This document shows, in pieces, positions 14,741 to 27,667 of a stretch of 64,000 bases of DNA. Position numbers and translations under genes: made by a program. The notes beneath the pieces are model-generated. The model had not been told where the DNA came from and searched no databases. It worked only from the letters and a program-made list of their open reading frames with translations. Source of the stretch: Macrostomum lignano (Eukaryota); assembly GCA_002269645.1 (NCBI GenBank), contig NIVC01000092.1, positions 1 through 64,000 on the forward strand. Direction: 5' to 3'. How positions within the stretch are numbered: the first letter of the stretch is position 1; every line of letters begins with the position of its first letter.

Positions 14741-15221
14741 GTCCTTGCATTGGAACTTCCAATACTTAGTCTACATTCATATTACATAAGGATGGATTAA
14801 TGCGTACAAACCGCAGGTGAGTGGGTTCATCATGCCTTTGACTGGTCTCGCTTATCGCTCATTCATCAATTACACGAAAGAGCGGACGGGACGCAGGAGC
14901 AAGCGAGCAAAAAGTGGTGCAAACACTGGACCGATTGCTCAAAATCGAGCGAGTGTTCTGGGCCTAAAGCTTGAAGGATAGAATGGGTTGATGATGCCTG
15001 AGCCCATAAAGCAGCACGAAACCCCTGGACGAGTTAATGTTGCCTTACGGAGTCGGGTTCAAGTCTAAAGGAGTATTTATAAATTATAATTCGCCATATA
15101 ATTTTGGCTGTCAATTTGAAAATTCACATAGTTTTAGAGTATTTTAGCTTACTTCTAAAATAGAATGAGGAGCCGAGTGTTTCGGCAAGGCAGATGAACA
15201 GCAGAGTGGACTTGGAAAGCA

Positions 15222-15285
15222 GTCAAGCACTACTCATCTGAGTGGATGGCTTGCCGCATCGAACCTGAGGTGTCACTGCTAATCA
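15222..15285. repeat. Short dispersed repeat, second copy at ~19383-19442
   Basis: AAGCACTACTCA(T/G)CTGAGTGGA(T/C)GGCTTGCCGCATC(G/T)AACCTGA(G/C)GTGTCACTGCTAATC occurs at both sites. Confidence 0.8.
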
Positions 15286-15665
15286 GTAGCTCAATGCAGA
15301 CCGACTGTGTATAGTTACGTTAATAATTTACAAGTTGAAGATACTTGAGTATGAAACGACTCTTCAGTTTTTTTCAGATCTTTATGCTGTTCAATAAAAC
15401 GTTTTTTCGAAATCGAGATTAAAATAAATAAAAGAAAACATTGATCTTTTAATTAGAATGAGGTGCAGTAAATTCGTCTCTGAGTGTAAAATTCACTTGA
15501 ATAGCTACTGAAAGTAGAGCTGGCAACATAAAATAGTGTCTTACTTAGAACACCAAACTATCTACTTGAGCCTGCATTTGTATCTTACTTCCTCCCAACA
15601 GCTTTTTAAAATTCTTATTCAGACTCTCAGTTCTAACTCGTTTGAAATAACGACCAAAGAAACGG

Positions 15666-16142
15666 TCACAAATAGTACCCCGAGGCGAAGCCTTTTCCGC
15701 CGCACTTGAACAAATGGCTGCCGCGACAGTCCACGTCGCACTTGGACGCGTCGCGCTTGGCATGACGTCTAAACGCCTTGTTGCAATGGCAGGTTTCGTA
15801 TTGCAGTATCACAAATTGATTCGAATAACCCTTTTCCGCGCAGAACTTGTGACACTTTTGAGGTTGGGCATTTTCAATATCAGCCGAGGTGCCCGAGTCC
15901 GCATCAATGAACATCCCGTCGGCGTAGTAGCATCCGGTTTCTTTGATAGTATCATCAGGATTAAATGCATTTTCTGAAAAAATTAGATTCGTTCATACTT
16001 ATTCATCACACTAACGCCGCCGGTCTTGAAACAAACAGAATGGAAGCATCGAGAGGCCAAACTTACTGATAGTATTCGGGCAGGCATCAGTAAAGCTAAG
16101 TACACAAACCAATACTGGAAGAAAACCTAGAAATTTAGCCAT
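15666..16142 (-). CDS. Secreted stand-alone WSC-domain protein, ~127 aa (exons 16142-16067 and 15973-15666)
   Basis: Exon 1 MAKFLGFLPVLVCVLSFTDACPNTI is signal-peptide-like. The 93-nt GTAAGT..TTTCAG phase-1 intron joins in frame to GCYY...KCHKFCAEKGY...LQYETCHC...KCDVDCRG...KCGG...GYYL*, the 8-Cys WSC pattern. Confidence 0.85.
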
Positions 16143-16829
16143 GCTGCTTGTCGAGATGTATGCTGAGAAGTTTATAGCTGAGTTGCTTTTTGGCTTGCCT
16201 CTACTTGGCTAGTAATTAGCGAAAGTCTGCAGTCAGGGAGCAATATAAATTCTAGCGATTAAACGAATCCGTCTAAGAGTGAATAGTCTATGGTAAAACA
16301 GGAAAGCACTTAATAAGGACAGTTATTTAGTCTTGTGCACATAAGAATAGGATGGTCGGTAGTGACTTTTAGTCGAGTTGGTCAGCTTATTTACACTGTA
16401 GTTAAACGGTGCATGTGCATACCACTATAGTACGAGTGTCTTGTCTGGACTTTACTCATGTTTACTAATCTTTGTTTACTAAGGTTTTGTGTGACAGAGC
16501 TGTAATCCATTATATCAATTTAGACGCTCTCTGATGCAACATCAATGCACCTTGTCTGTCAAGTCCCTGGATGCAGTTCCGGTGCGCTTGCACTCGTCGA
16601 GGGTCCACCTGTTACAAAGATTATATTGGGCAACAGTTCAATCGAGTAAAGAAGATTGAACTAGCTATGCTTTACTAGCAGCAAAATATTTTCGTTGCTG
16701 ACTGCTTTTTCTGTTCAATTTAGCATCTTTTGGATTTACAGGAAGGATTGCCCACCTAAAGTGCTAGATTTTTATGTTGACTTTAATTTTTGTCCCTAGA
16801 AATAAATTCAGTTGAAGCTTTACCGGCAG

Positions 16830-17510
16830 TTCTTCTCCTCTCTTCTCCTCTCCTCTCCTCTCCTCTCTTCTCTTCTCTTCACCTCTCACCTCCTCTCCTC
16901 TCTTCTCTTCTCTTCGCCTCTCCTCTCCTCTCCTCTCTTCTCTTCTCTTCGCCTCTCATCTCCTCTCCTCTCTTCTCTTCTCTTCGCCTCTCCTCTCCTC
17001 TCCTCTCTTCTCTTCTCTTCGCCTCTCACCTCCTCTCCTCTCTTCTCTTCTCTTCGCCTCTCACCTCCTCTCCTCTCTTCTCTTCTCTTCGCCTCTCCTC
17101 TCCTCTCCTCTCTTCTCTTCTCTTCGCCTCTCCCCTCCTCTCCTCTCTTCTCTTCTCTTCGCCTCTCATCTCCTCTCCTCCTCTTCTCTCCTCTCCTCCT
17201 CTTCTCTCCTCTCCTCTCCTCTCCTCTCCTCTCCTCTCCTCTCTTCTCTTCTATTTGACTCTCCTCTCTTCTCTTCTCTTCTCCTCTTCCTCTCCTATCC
17301 TATCCTATCCTCTCCTCTCCTCTCCTCTCCTCTCCTCTCCTCTCCTCTCCTCTCCTCTCCTCTCCTCTCCTCTCCTCTCCTCTCCTCTCCTCTCCTCTCC
17401 TCTCCTCTCCTCTCCTCTCCTCCTCTCCTCTCCGATCTCCTCTTCTCTCCTCTTCTCTCCTCTCCTCTCCTCTTCTCCCCTCTCCTCTCCTCTCCTCTCC
17501 TCTCCTCTGC
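16830..17510. repeat. (CTCTC/CTCTT)n polypyrimidine microsatellite
   Basis: Pentanucleotide repeats. The SSPLL/EERRG ORFs are artefacts. Confidence 0.97.
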
Positions 17511-17945
17511 TCTAGCTCCTCTCCAGTAAATTGATTTGCCAAAGCTAAATTCCACATGTCATGCGAAAAGGGGCTAATCCTATAGAATCGCGTTAGCTCG
17601 TAACTGTTTGTAGATTTTTTATTGGCTTTTTTATTCATCAAGTCTCATGCGATTGCGCATATCCGTGAGCATCGCATGACTAAAGGTAATTCAAGTAAGC
17701 ATACAATCATACAATGTAACTGTTTGTCTGCATGCATTCCACATGGTTATGGCTGCATGCCCAGATGTCACCTTGGTTTGCAGCCGTGCTCAAAACTCCC
17801 CCTGCAGCTAACTTGGTGAGAGACCCACCTGCACAATGTCGAGAATAACGTGTCGTTTGGAGGTTTACACGAAAGCGGACCTACCAACAATATCGCTCGA
17901 GTTGAAGCTTGAAATGAGCAAAACCCTGAATGCCTGAACATATAA

Positions 17946-19232
<1,287 letters not shown>

Positions 19233-22200
19233 GATACATACATACAAGCGCGCCAATGCTGTATACGAACACGCACTCATACACAGGCTCACACGGGTGT
19301 ACAGTGGCCCTGACTTTCTTCAAAATTACTAGGCATGGCTTATTGTTAATATAAAGCGTGTTAGCTCAGTATTGTGGGACTGAAGCACTACTCAGCTGAG
19401 TGGACGGCTTGCCGCATCTAACCTGACGTGTCACTGCTAATCTGCAAGTCCCTCTTGACCCACTGTAGCTTCTAATTAGCTACATGTACTTTAGTCAACC
19501 GTTCACGGTTAAATTAATTTAAATTAATGGACTGAGTATACGCCTGTTCCAGCCATAGACAATTCAATCAATGCCGCTAACAAGTTATTAAGTTGTCCTT
19601 GGCCGCTAATATGAAGCGAGATCAAGGACTACTAAAAAAACTCAGGACGCAGAACTGAAAATTGGTAGGATTTTTTCAAAGCATTCTCTATCGTAAAAAA
19701 ATTATACTAAGATACAAGCGAAGCGATTTTAGATGCGAATTTCAACGTTTGAATTCGTGTTGCTTGTAGGAAAGTGTACCGGTATGTATACGAGCTATGC
19801 ATGTTTGCGAATATATCGATTGTATAGTGCCAGCTAGTATCCATGTATTCTTTGAGTCGCATTGTTGTAGATCATGAAATGTACATTAGTCTCCTGCATT
19901 TGCTTCTGGAAATATGTAATGACACCCTATAAGCCAACACACAACAAGCAATAGTAGATGGATAAGTACAAAGATGATAACAATGTATAATACTAGCCCA
20001 GCGATATGCTCGTAAAATGTATCCAACAGTTGCCGCTTAAAGTTGAACTCAAAATGTCAGTGATACGGAAACAGCAATGTCAAAACGAGGCTTCAATTTT
20101 TGCAATCGTCTCGTGTAAGCATCCATTCGGTCCCTTGATTTTTCAGAACCTCTGCGCACTAAGGCCTTGAGAAAAGAATCTGCCAGACTTCCTGGATATC
20201 CCGATAATCCGATCCGCATCAACTGGAAAGTCAATTAAGAAATTCGAAAACTTGTTGGAACAACGCAAACCAAACGATTGGCACAACTATTGGTTGAGGA
20301 GCCAAAGTGCACGCGTAACAAAAGTGGGCAAAAACCATGGTAGCCATTCAGGCGGTTGATACAGGTCGCGGCCTCGTGAAAGCAATCTTGTGAATTCACT
20401 GCTGTATGACGTCGTGTCATCCGAGCTAGAGGCACATGTCTCCCTTGGCAACTTCTTGTACATGTACATGTAGAAAACGTATCCACGTATCCGCATGCAC
20501 TTGACGGATTAAAAGCTATGAAAATGAACTTCCACAATGTTCCGACAACCGTGTCAGTGTCAACCGTACCGAGTCCACCGAGATGATATCTCAATGTACC
20601 TGGTATCAGAGTGTGGCAAAGTTGAGCGATTCTCGTAGGGCCTGGCAACCTTGACGACCTGCAAATTGTAGTTTGGCAGCGATCAGAATATATCCTGAGA
20701 TCCATACCACCTGCTGGAACCAAGACTCGATTTCAACTGCCTCAGAACAAAGAACAGAGCTGTGATCCTGCTTCACTTTGTCACTGCTTAAAGTTGAAGT
20801 TTGTATTGAAATCCCAGCACATCCTCAGAAACCGGAACAGGTGGATTTCTTCGATGAGCAGATCGAAACAAAGCTACTAGTCGCTCCGGACGCTAAACAA
20901 AATCTGCCGGCTGGCTAAATGCGCGCTGCAGGAAAAAAGCATTGCGGGCAAACCTCGGCGGGCAATTCTCATATGGACCCGCCTTTTTTACTTTGCAGCT
21001 TTGACCAAAGGTCGATCACCGCTAGCCTGCAACTGAATAATAAATAAGCTGGATCCCCCCCCCACGCTGCCAATAATAACATTGTGCAGTGTCGTGTGGG
21101 AGGTTTACACAAAAGCATATTAGCCAAACATTTACCTTGTTGCTCTAGAATTGATTTCTTGAATAAACCTTGAATATAAATTATCATTCCCAATACGTCT
21201 TGCATTTTATCCGAACATAGTTTAACAAACAGACAAATGTTCCTTCGTGTAAAAGGCTGCTTTATGTTTAGTGCAGCTGTTAAATAGCTTTTAATATAGA
21301 AAATTATTTATCTTCTTTGTGAAACCTATGGTAATACATACCTAAAATTTGTTCTTCACACAATTTTGTATTTTTGCGAAACATGGAATATCGAGTCTAT
21401 AATAAAAGTTTAAATATATTGTCGCTTAACACCAAGTCGACATTGCCTTATGTAGCATTAGCTAGGTCAGAAGACCTAGTTGTTGTTTATTAGACCTTGT
21501 ATCCTGCAAACAGAAACAGCTAGGGCCTAGTGCTAACCAGTCACTCATGGTATGATGAGTCATCACTCATCACTAAAATGATTTGCCAAAATTATAGGCC
21601 TATATCAGTCAGATAAAAAAGTGGTTAGGCAGCACCCCTCATTCATGAATATCAATGCATGAAGTCCTGTGAATTTTTTTCTTGGGTTTTTTTTCAAAAT
21701 TGTCTGCAAGGCCTATCCGCCTATTACCTATAGATAGGGGCCTATCAATGTAGACTACTGTAGTATTGTAGCTAATATCTTATTTGTTATAGACTAGGCC
21801 CCTATCATGAAGTGAATGAATCTAGTTTGGCCCTATCAGCTAATGCCAATGGCCTAGGCTATCTATAGGGCCTAATTAGCTATTGTATTGTTGTATAATA
21901 TGGACTCCAGTGATATTTTTAAAGTTTTAATTTTTAATAATTATTTAGTCTATATGATAAATCTTACTTGCCTAAGTAAAAAATCTTAGGCTTAATAAAT
22001 CAAATCTCTTTGAATAAAGCCATTAAAATTAGTTGGCTACTTGGGGCACAAGGCAAGGGGGCAGAAGTCCCTTACAAGCTGCTAATTAGGGTCTAAAATC
22101 AGAAAAAGCACTAAAAATTACCACATGGACTTATTTTCTAGGGGGGGGGGGCACATGCCTTTGGTGCCGCAAGCTACCACTGCCCATGATTGTAATAGGG

Positions 22201-22281
22201 GTTTTGTTCATCTTAAGAGCTATCTCACAACTTATTGCTAACACCAAGTTGTTATAAGCTTTTTATTTTTCTTTTTTCTAG

Positions 22282-22731
22282 GGCAGTTGTTATTTGTCCG
22301 GTGACTGGACGAATAGCGATGTGGTTATTTGTCCGGTTACTGGATCCTGACCATGCTTTCCTATTCATCCGGTTAATACTGGACAAATAGACATTTTGTT
22401 ATTTGTCCAGTTAAATTGATACTGCTAAAATATTTAGTTCATCAAAACCACAAGGGTAAGTATTCCTAGACTTCAAAGACTTCTTACTCGTATCTTGATT
22501 ATTATATTGTTATACTAGTGTGTGTCTTATACACCAAATTATGCCGAATTGAATAATATACTGCTTTGCTTAACACTCTAGTATACAAGAAAATATTAAT
22601 CAATATACGAGAATAGGTCTTAAAAATCTAGAATATTCATCACGAAAAAAATAAGATACTTGTGTTAGCAATTTAACCGGACAAATAGCAAAAAGGCTAT
22701 TTGTCCGGTCATCAGACAAATAACAACTGCC
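22282..22731. mobile_element. Mutator (MULE)-type MITE, 450 bp
   Basis: Imperfect ~36-bp TIRs GGCAGTTGTTATTTGTCCGGTGACTGGACGAATAGC / GCTATTTGTCCGGTCATCAGACAAATAACAACTGCC. Perfect 9-bp TSD TTTTTCTAG at 22273-22281 and 22732-22740. Confidence 0.85.
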
Positions 22732-23879
22732 TTTTTCTAGACCTATTTGTATTGTATTAACTATGCCAAGGAAAGTGTGCCATGTAAGCCACAATAAATC
22801 CTAGTCAAATTTCTAATTGTGTTCTGTGTGCCAAGTAAAAAAGTGCATATGAGCCAAAAAAAAGAAATGTATACTTTGTTACACTTTACATGTGAACTAA
22901 GATTTTACTATATAGACTGTGCCAAATGAAGCATGCCATGTGCTATGTATGCCATGTTGCACTTAGTGCCAAAAAATTCCTTTGTATATGCCATAATTAT
23001 ACATAAAATCTACCACCTTAACTATAGTCTATTAATGCCACTAGTTGTAACAAGTTTAATAGTTCTTAAAAATGATCCCACAAGTTACTACCAAGTTGTC
23101 CAAGACTTTAATAGCAGTTGCATATTTGTTTCTAAGAATTTCATTAAATTAATTAAATTATAACATATTTCTAATAGTGTTTTAGTAGCATTCTATTTTA
23201 AGTATCTTTACTGATTCCTATATTTCTCTAATCTTAAGCATTATTAGGACTGGAATATAATAGCAAACTCTAACTCTTTGAATAACTCTTTATTCCTTCT
23301 CTTAGTAGGTTTATCCAAGCTATCTTAAAAACTCTAAATAAATAAGGCCTTCAACTCAAAGCCCAAAGAATTTATAGGTTGAACTATTTGAGAATTATCT
23401 TATAAAACAAGTGAGCAGGTTATGAAACAAGCTGTTTTATTTTGATGCAAAAGGACTAGGCCTATATATTTGCTTCCCTTATACTTTTATAACAAAAAAA
23501 TAATCCCCTAACTTATTTGACAAACTGTAATACAAAATAAAATAGTTTAGCATTTTTATAAAATTTAACTTGGCATAAAAATTATATAGCCTATCTTAAC
23601 TTTCCTTTTTTATTATTAAATTTAAATGATTTTTTACTATAATAAAAATGATAAAATGCAAATAAATAATGCATGCAGAGTTGATTGCAATAAAACAAGA
23701 ATATAAATAAATAAATAAGTGCACCTAAAAATAGGTATACTAAATAAATATAAAGGCATGTTCAAATATTAATGGCAACAACTAGCAATCAGGTGCTGAT
23801 ATTATTTGAAAAATGCTAGTTAATTCAAATAAATTTGCTTAAGTCTTGCAAGTCAAAATAGTAAGGCCAGCCAATATAA

Positions 23880-24800
23880 GAGAAAAACCAATTGTATTCC
23901 TTGTCTTAGATCATAGGCACAGTTGGCAAGCTGGCTTGCATAAGTCCCTTAAAGCTAATGGCCAATGTCTTCAAAGATCTCTACTGCCTCCTAGAGGCTA
24001 AACTACTCTTAAGAATTTCAAATGTGGCCAAATCTTTGAACTTCACAATTAGGTCATTATTCTTGCCTAAAATGTAGTGCATGTACATACAAATACATGC
24101 AGCTGTGAATGTGGATCCAGAATTTATATCTATGAGCCCTTGATTTGCCTTACCTTGCATTGTATCAATCTGTCATTATAGAAATGATGCCTTCAGATAG
24201 TAATTTAGAACAATGGAGCATTGTCTACACAACAGACTTTATGCCTTCAGCCATAGCATCCATCAACTCCTCAATTCCCAGAAAAAGCAATGCACTTTCT
24301 CCAATAATGAGTTGAACAATAGAGCTAGCACAACCAACCATGATTGGTCATGCTTTGTCTCTTTGTCTAGAAAGATTGAGAATAGTACATTTTGAATAGC
24401 TGCTAGCATTTTTCTCTTTGCATAAAGAGCAATAGTTTTGTTGATGATATAAGCAGTCTTTGTTCTAGCACAAGAAAACAATTCAGCAACTAAGATAAGA
24501 TCGGAATCTCATCTGTGACATGGAACACTTGGTCCTTTTTTGCCATTAGTGCAAAGAAACATGCTTGCTTCCATTGATTTGATGCTGGCATTTCTTGGAC
24601 TATTCATTGAACTTGGATTTGAAAAATCTAGTAATTGACAGTCTTTTTGCCTAACTCAATGACCAACTGGTGCTTCTTGTTAGCAGAGTGCTAATATATA
24701 ATATTGCTTTCCATGTTGCTTAATGGATATAATTCCACAGAAAATGCACTTGGTAGCATCTGGAATTGTGGCTTTTTGCACTATCAACTAATAAGCTGAT
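23880..24800 (-). pseudogene. Heavily decayed hAT-like DNA transposase
   Basis: DSD..VAELFSCARTKTAYIINKTIA...NVLFSIFLDKET...LVVLA resembles the FSCxRTK...FSxxxDEST motifs of hAT-family transposases. A downstream frame gives IISIMTD...GK...C.....H-like remnants with many stops, in AT-rich DNA. Confidence 0.55.
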
Positions 24801-26669
24801 TATTGGCATCTATCTTCAATAGCCAATCATTGCACTAGGTAGTACTTTGAGACATTTATGAATTGCTGAAACAGTGTATGGTTAATAAAATTTTATAATG
24901 ATTAATGACATTTGTACCTGCACTCTATCTTATATTTATTAAGCAATTAAAAGACAGCAATTAGCAATAGCAATGTCCAAAAGAGCTAAACTTTGAGAAA
25001 GTTAAACAGTTTATTTCAATCTTACAATGTTAGAATAATGAATAAGAACAACTTGCATTTACCTATATTACCTATTTCAACGGCTTAGTTATGCATAAAT
25101 GTAATCTGTAATGAGTCAAAATAGAGGTGATAATCAGAATATTTTTAGTGCAGTGTTTTAAAAAAGTGCAGGTTTTCAATGCAGTTTCCAAAATAGTGTA
25201 GTGCATTGAAACAATAACAACAAGCAGTCACACTACCTAGCATAGATTTGACCACACAGGAATAGACCAATGCCATTGCCTGCATCACTAGCAAGGCAGC
25301 CCACCTGTACTCTAGGCTATTTATCTTTAGTTGTTGACACTTGACAGGGTGATAATGATGCCTGCAGTGATATTCTTGGTCTTTTATTGCTCCGACTCAG
25401 TGCCTTTTAAAAGTTTGTTGAACTATGTTCTTGCAAGGGGTTCATATTTATAGGTGGCCTAGTAGGAAATTAGACTACATAAATGTGTTCCTCCTTGCAC
25501 CTTGGGTGGGGTTGGGATATGCGAGAAATGACAGATTTGCACTATAGTTTTTTCTATTTTTATGTTTTTTTATTTTTTGAGATATTTTCTTAAGTAACAT
25601 GTCAAATTAAAGATTGCATGCATATATATTGCATTTATTTCTTCCAGTCCTGGGTGTTCCCAAGATTAGAGGGTTACAACCTTGGGTATTCTATAAGTAT
25701 GCTTTAAAATCTACTATCTACTTTGTCTCCTGTTACTTTAGTTTTCTACTTATCAGTAGTATATATGGTACACATTTCTTCTACTTCACTTCAATGAAAG
25801 ATTAACCAAAGTTGAATTGAATTCTTAAAGTTTTTACTTGGAGCAATTCTTTTCAGCAATTGCTAACTTCTTTATTAAAGGCTTGAACCATGGTGGGCAT
25901 GGTTGATCTTCTTAAAAAACCCAAAAAATTGAGACTGATTAAAAAAATTAAGTGCAGAAAAGATTTTAAGAAATACAAACATTTAAACAAACTAGTTTCG
26001 TTAGATTTGCACAGAAGGCTATTATTACAAGTTCTGAATTTAAGCATGTTAATTGTTGCTATTAGATAAAAATAACAAAACAATTCTTTAGCTAAATAAA
26101 ACAGCACTAATTTTTTAGTTAAAATGGCAAATAATGCAAAAGTATGAGTTTTTTAATGGTTCAAATGCATTCAATAAGTTGTTTTTTAGACTTTTTATCT
26201 ATAAAAATACTCTTCTATAAGCTCAAAAGGAAAGTAGTATCTTGTCAGTACAATTATATAAAGTGGGCTGGGCTTATTAAATATTTAATTTTTCATTAGT
26301 AAATATTAATAGATTAATAGATGTACAATATCAGAATTTTAAATTGTAGATAGATAAGCCATTTGCAGTATATCTTTACTAATCTTAGCATATCGACATT
26401 GACGTTGGACTTACAGTGTTTTAGGTACACAACTGGGTCAATCCCCATGACAATCACCTATACTTGCAGAGAGCATAGGGCGTTCCTTGGAACTTTAGAA
26501 ATCTTTATTATTGATTATATTGCGAATGTTGCGAAAAATGACAAAATTTCGTCCTCTTATTTAAAAATAGCAAAAAACTCTAATTTTGCTACTGATATAA
26601 GAGTAGATGAGCGTATATTTAGCGAGTAACATATCTAGCTAATTATCGTCGCTGTATTGACCGCTGCAG

Positions 26670-27056
26670 TCGTCGGATTCGCGTCACACTGGCATCAGCT
26701 GCGACGGCTGCGGCCAGCGCGCCTTCACCGGGCGACGCTACAAATGCCTTCGCTGTCACGATTTCGACTTGTGCGGCCCCTGCTTTGACACCGCTAATTT
26801 TGGCGCCTCGGAATTTCGGCGAGCGGCGCGCGGCATTCCAGGCGGAGAGCACGAGCCCTCGCATCCGATGCAGTGCGTCCTGAGTCCTCAGATGCTGCGA
26901 ATCTACTACTGCGAGGATTTCAGCGATCCCAGCGGCGGTGGCATTGTTCCCGGGGGTACTGGCGCCATGTCTTTCACCTGTCCATTGTGCGGCCGGCTGG
27001 GTCTGTCCGAGAATGGCCTGGCGGATCACGTTGTGTCCGAGCATGCGGACGATTCC
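26670..27056 (+). CDS. KCMF1: KCMF1 E3 ubiquitin ligase, ZZ-finger/C2H2 exon (start-codon exon not identified)
   Basis: CTGCAG acceptor, then [39 protein letters not shown]...HPMQCVL...[29 protein letters not shown], then a GTGAGT donor (phase 0). Closely matches the KCMF1 N-terminus. Confidence 0.92.
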
Positions 27057-27104
27057 GTGAGTTTTCTGAACTGCATTCTGCTCGAGTTTTTTATTGCGGG
27101 TCAA

Positions 27105-27500
27105 AGATTTGGGATTAGGGATCTAAGATTGGGATTGGGGATCTAAGATTGGGATTAGGGATCTAAGATTGGGATTAGGGATCTAAGATAGGGATTAGGG
27201 ATCCAAGATTGGGATTAGGGATCTAAGATAGGGATTAGGGATCCAAGATTGGGGTTAGGGATCTAAGATTGGGGTTAGGGATCTAAGATTGGGATTAGGG
27301 ATCTAAGATTGGGATTAGGGATCTAATATTTGGATTTTATGGATCCAAGATCGGGATTTTATGGATTTAAGATTGGGATTTTATGGATCTAAGATTGGGG
27401 TTAGGGATCTAAGATTGGTATTATGGATCTTAGATTCGGATTCGGGATCTTAGATTAGGATTAGGGATCTAAGATTGGGATTAGGGATCTAAAATTAGGA
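27105..27500. repeat. Intronic 20-bp G-rich minisatellite containing TTAGGG (partly duplicated at 33329-33620)
   Basis: Unit GGGATTAGGGATCTAAGATT. Confidence 0.95.
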
Positions 27501-27667
27501 CTTCGTGCCCCAACGTCCCCCCCACCCGCCAGGCCGGTCCGGACGTTGTCTGCCCCTTGACTTACTTGACTTAGCTGCAGGGTGGTCCGTAGACACAGCG
27601 GGGAGGCGAGGGTCGCCCATTCCGCTAGCCCCTGAAGGCCCGCAGACAGGCAGAGGCGTGGGGCCGG

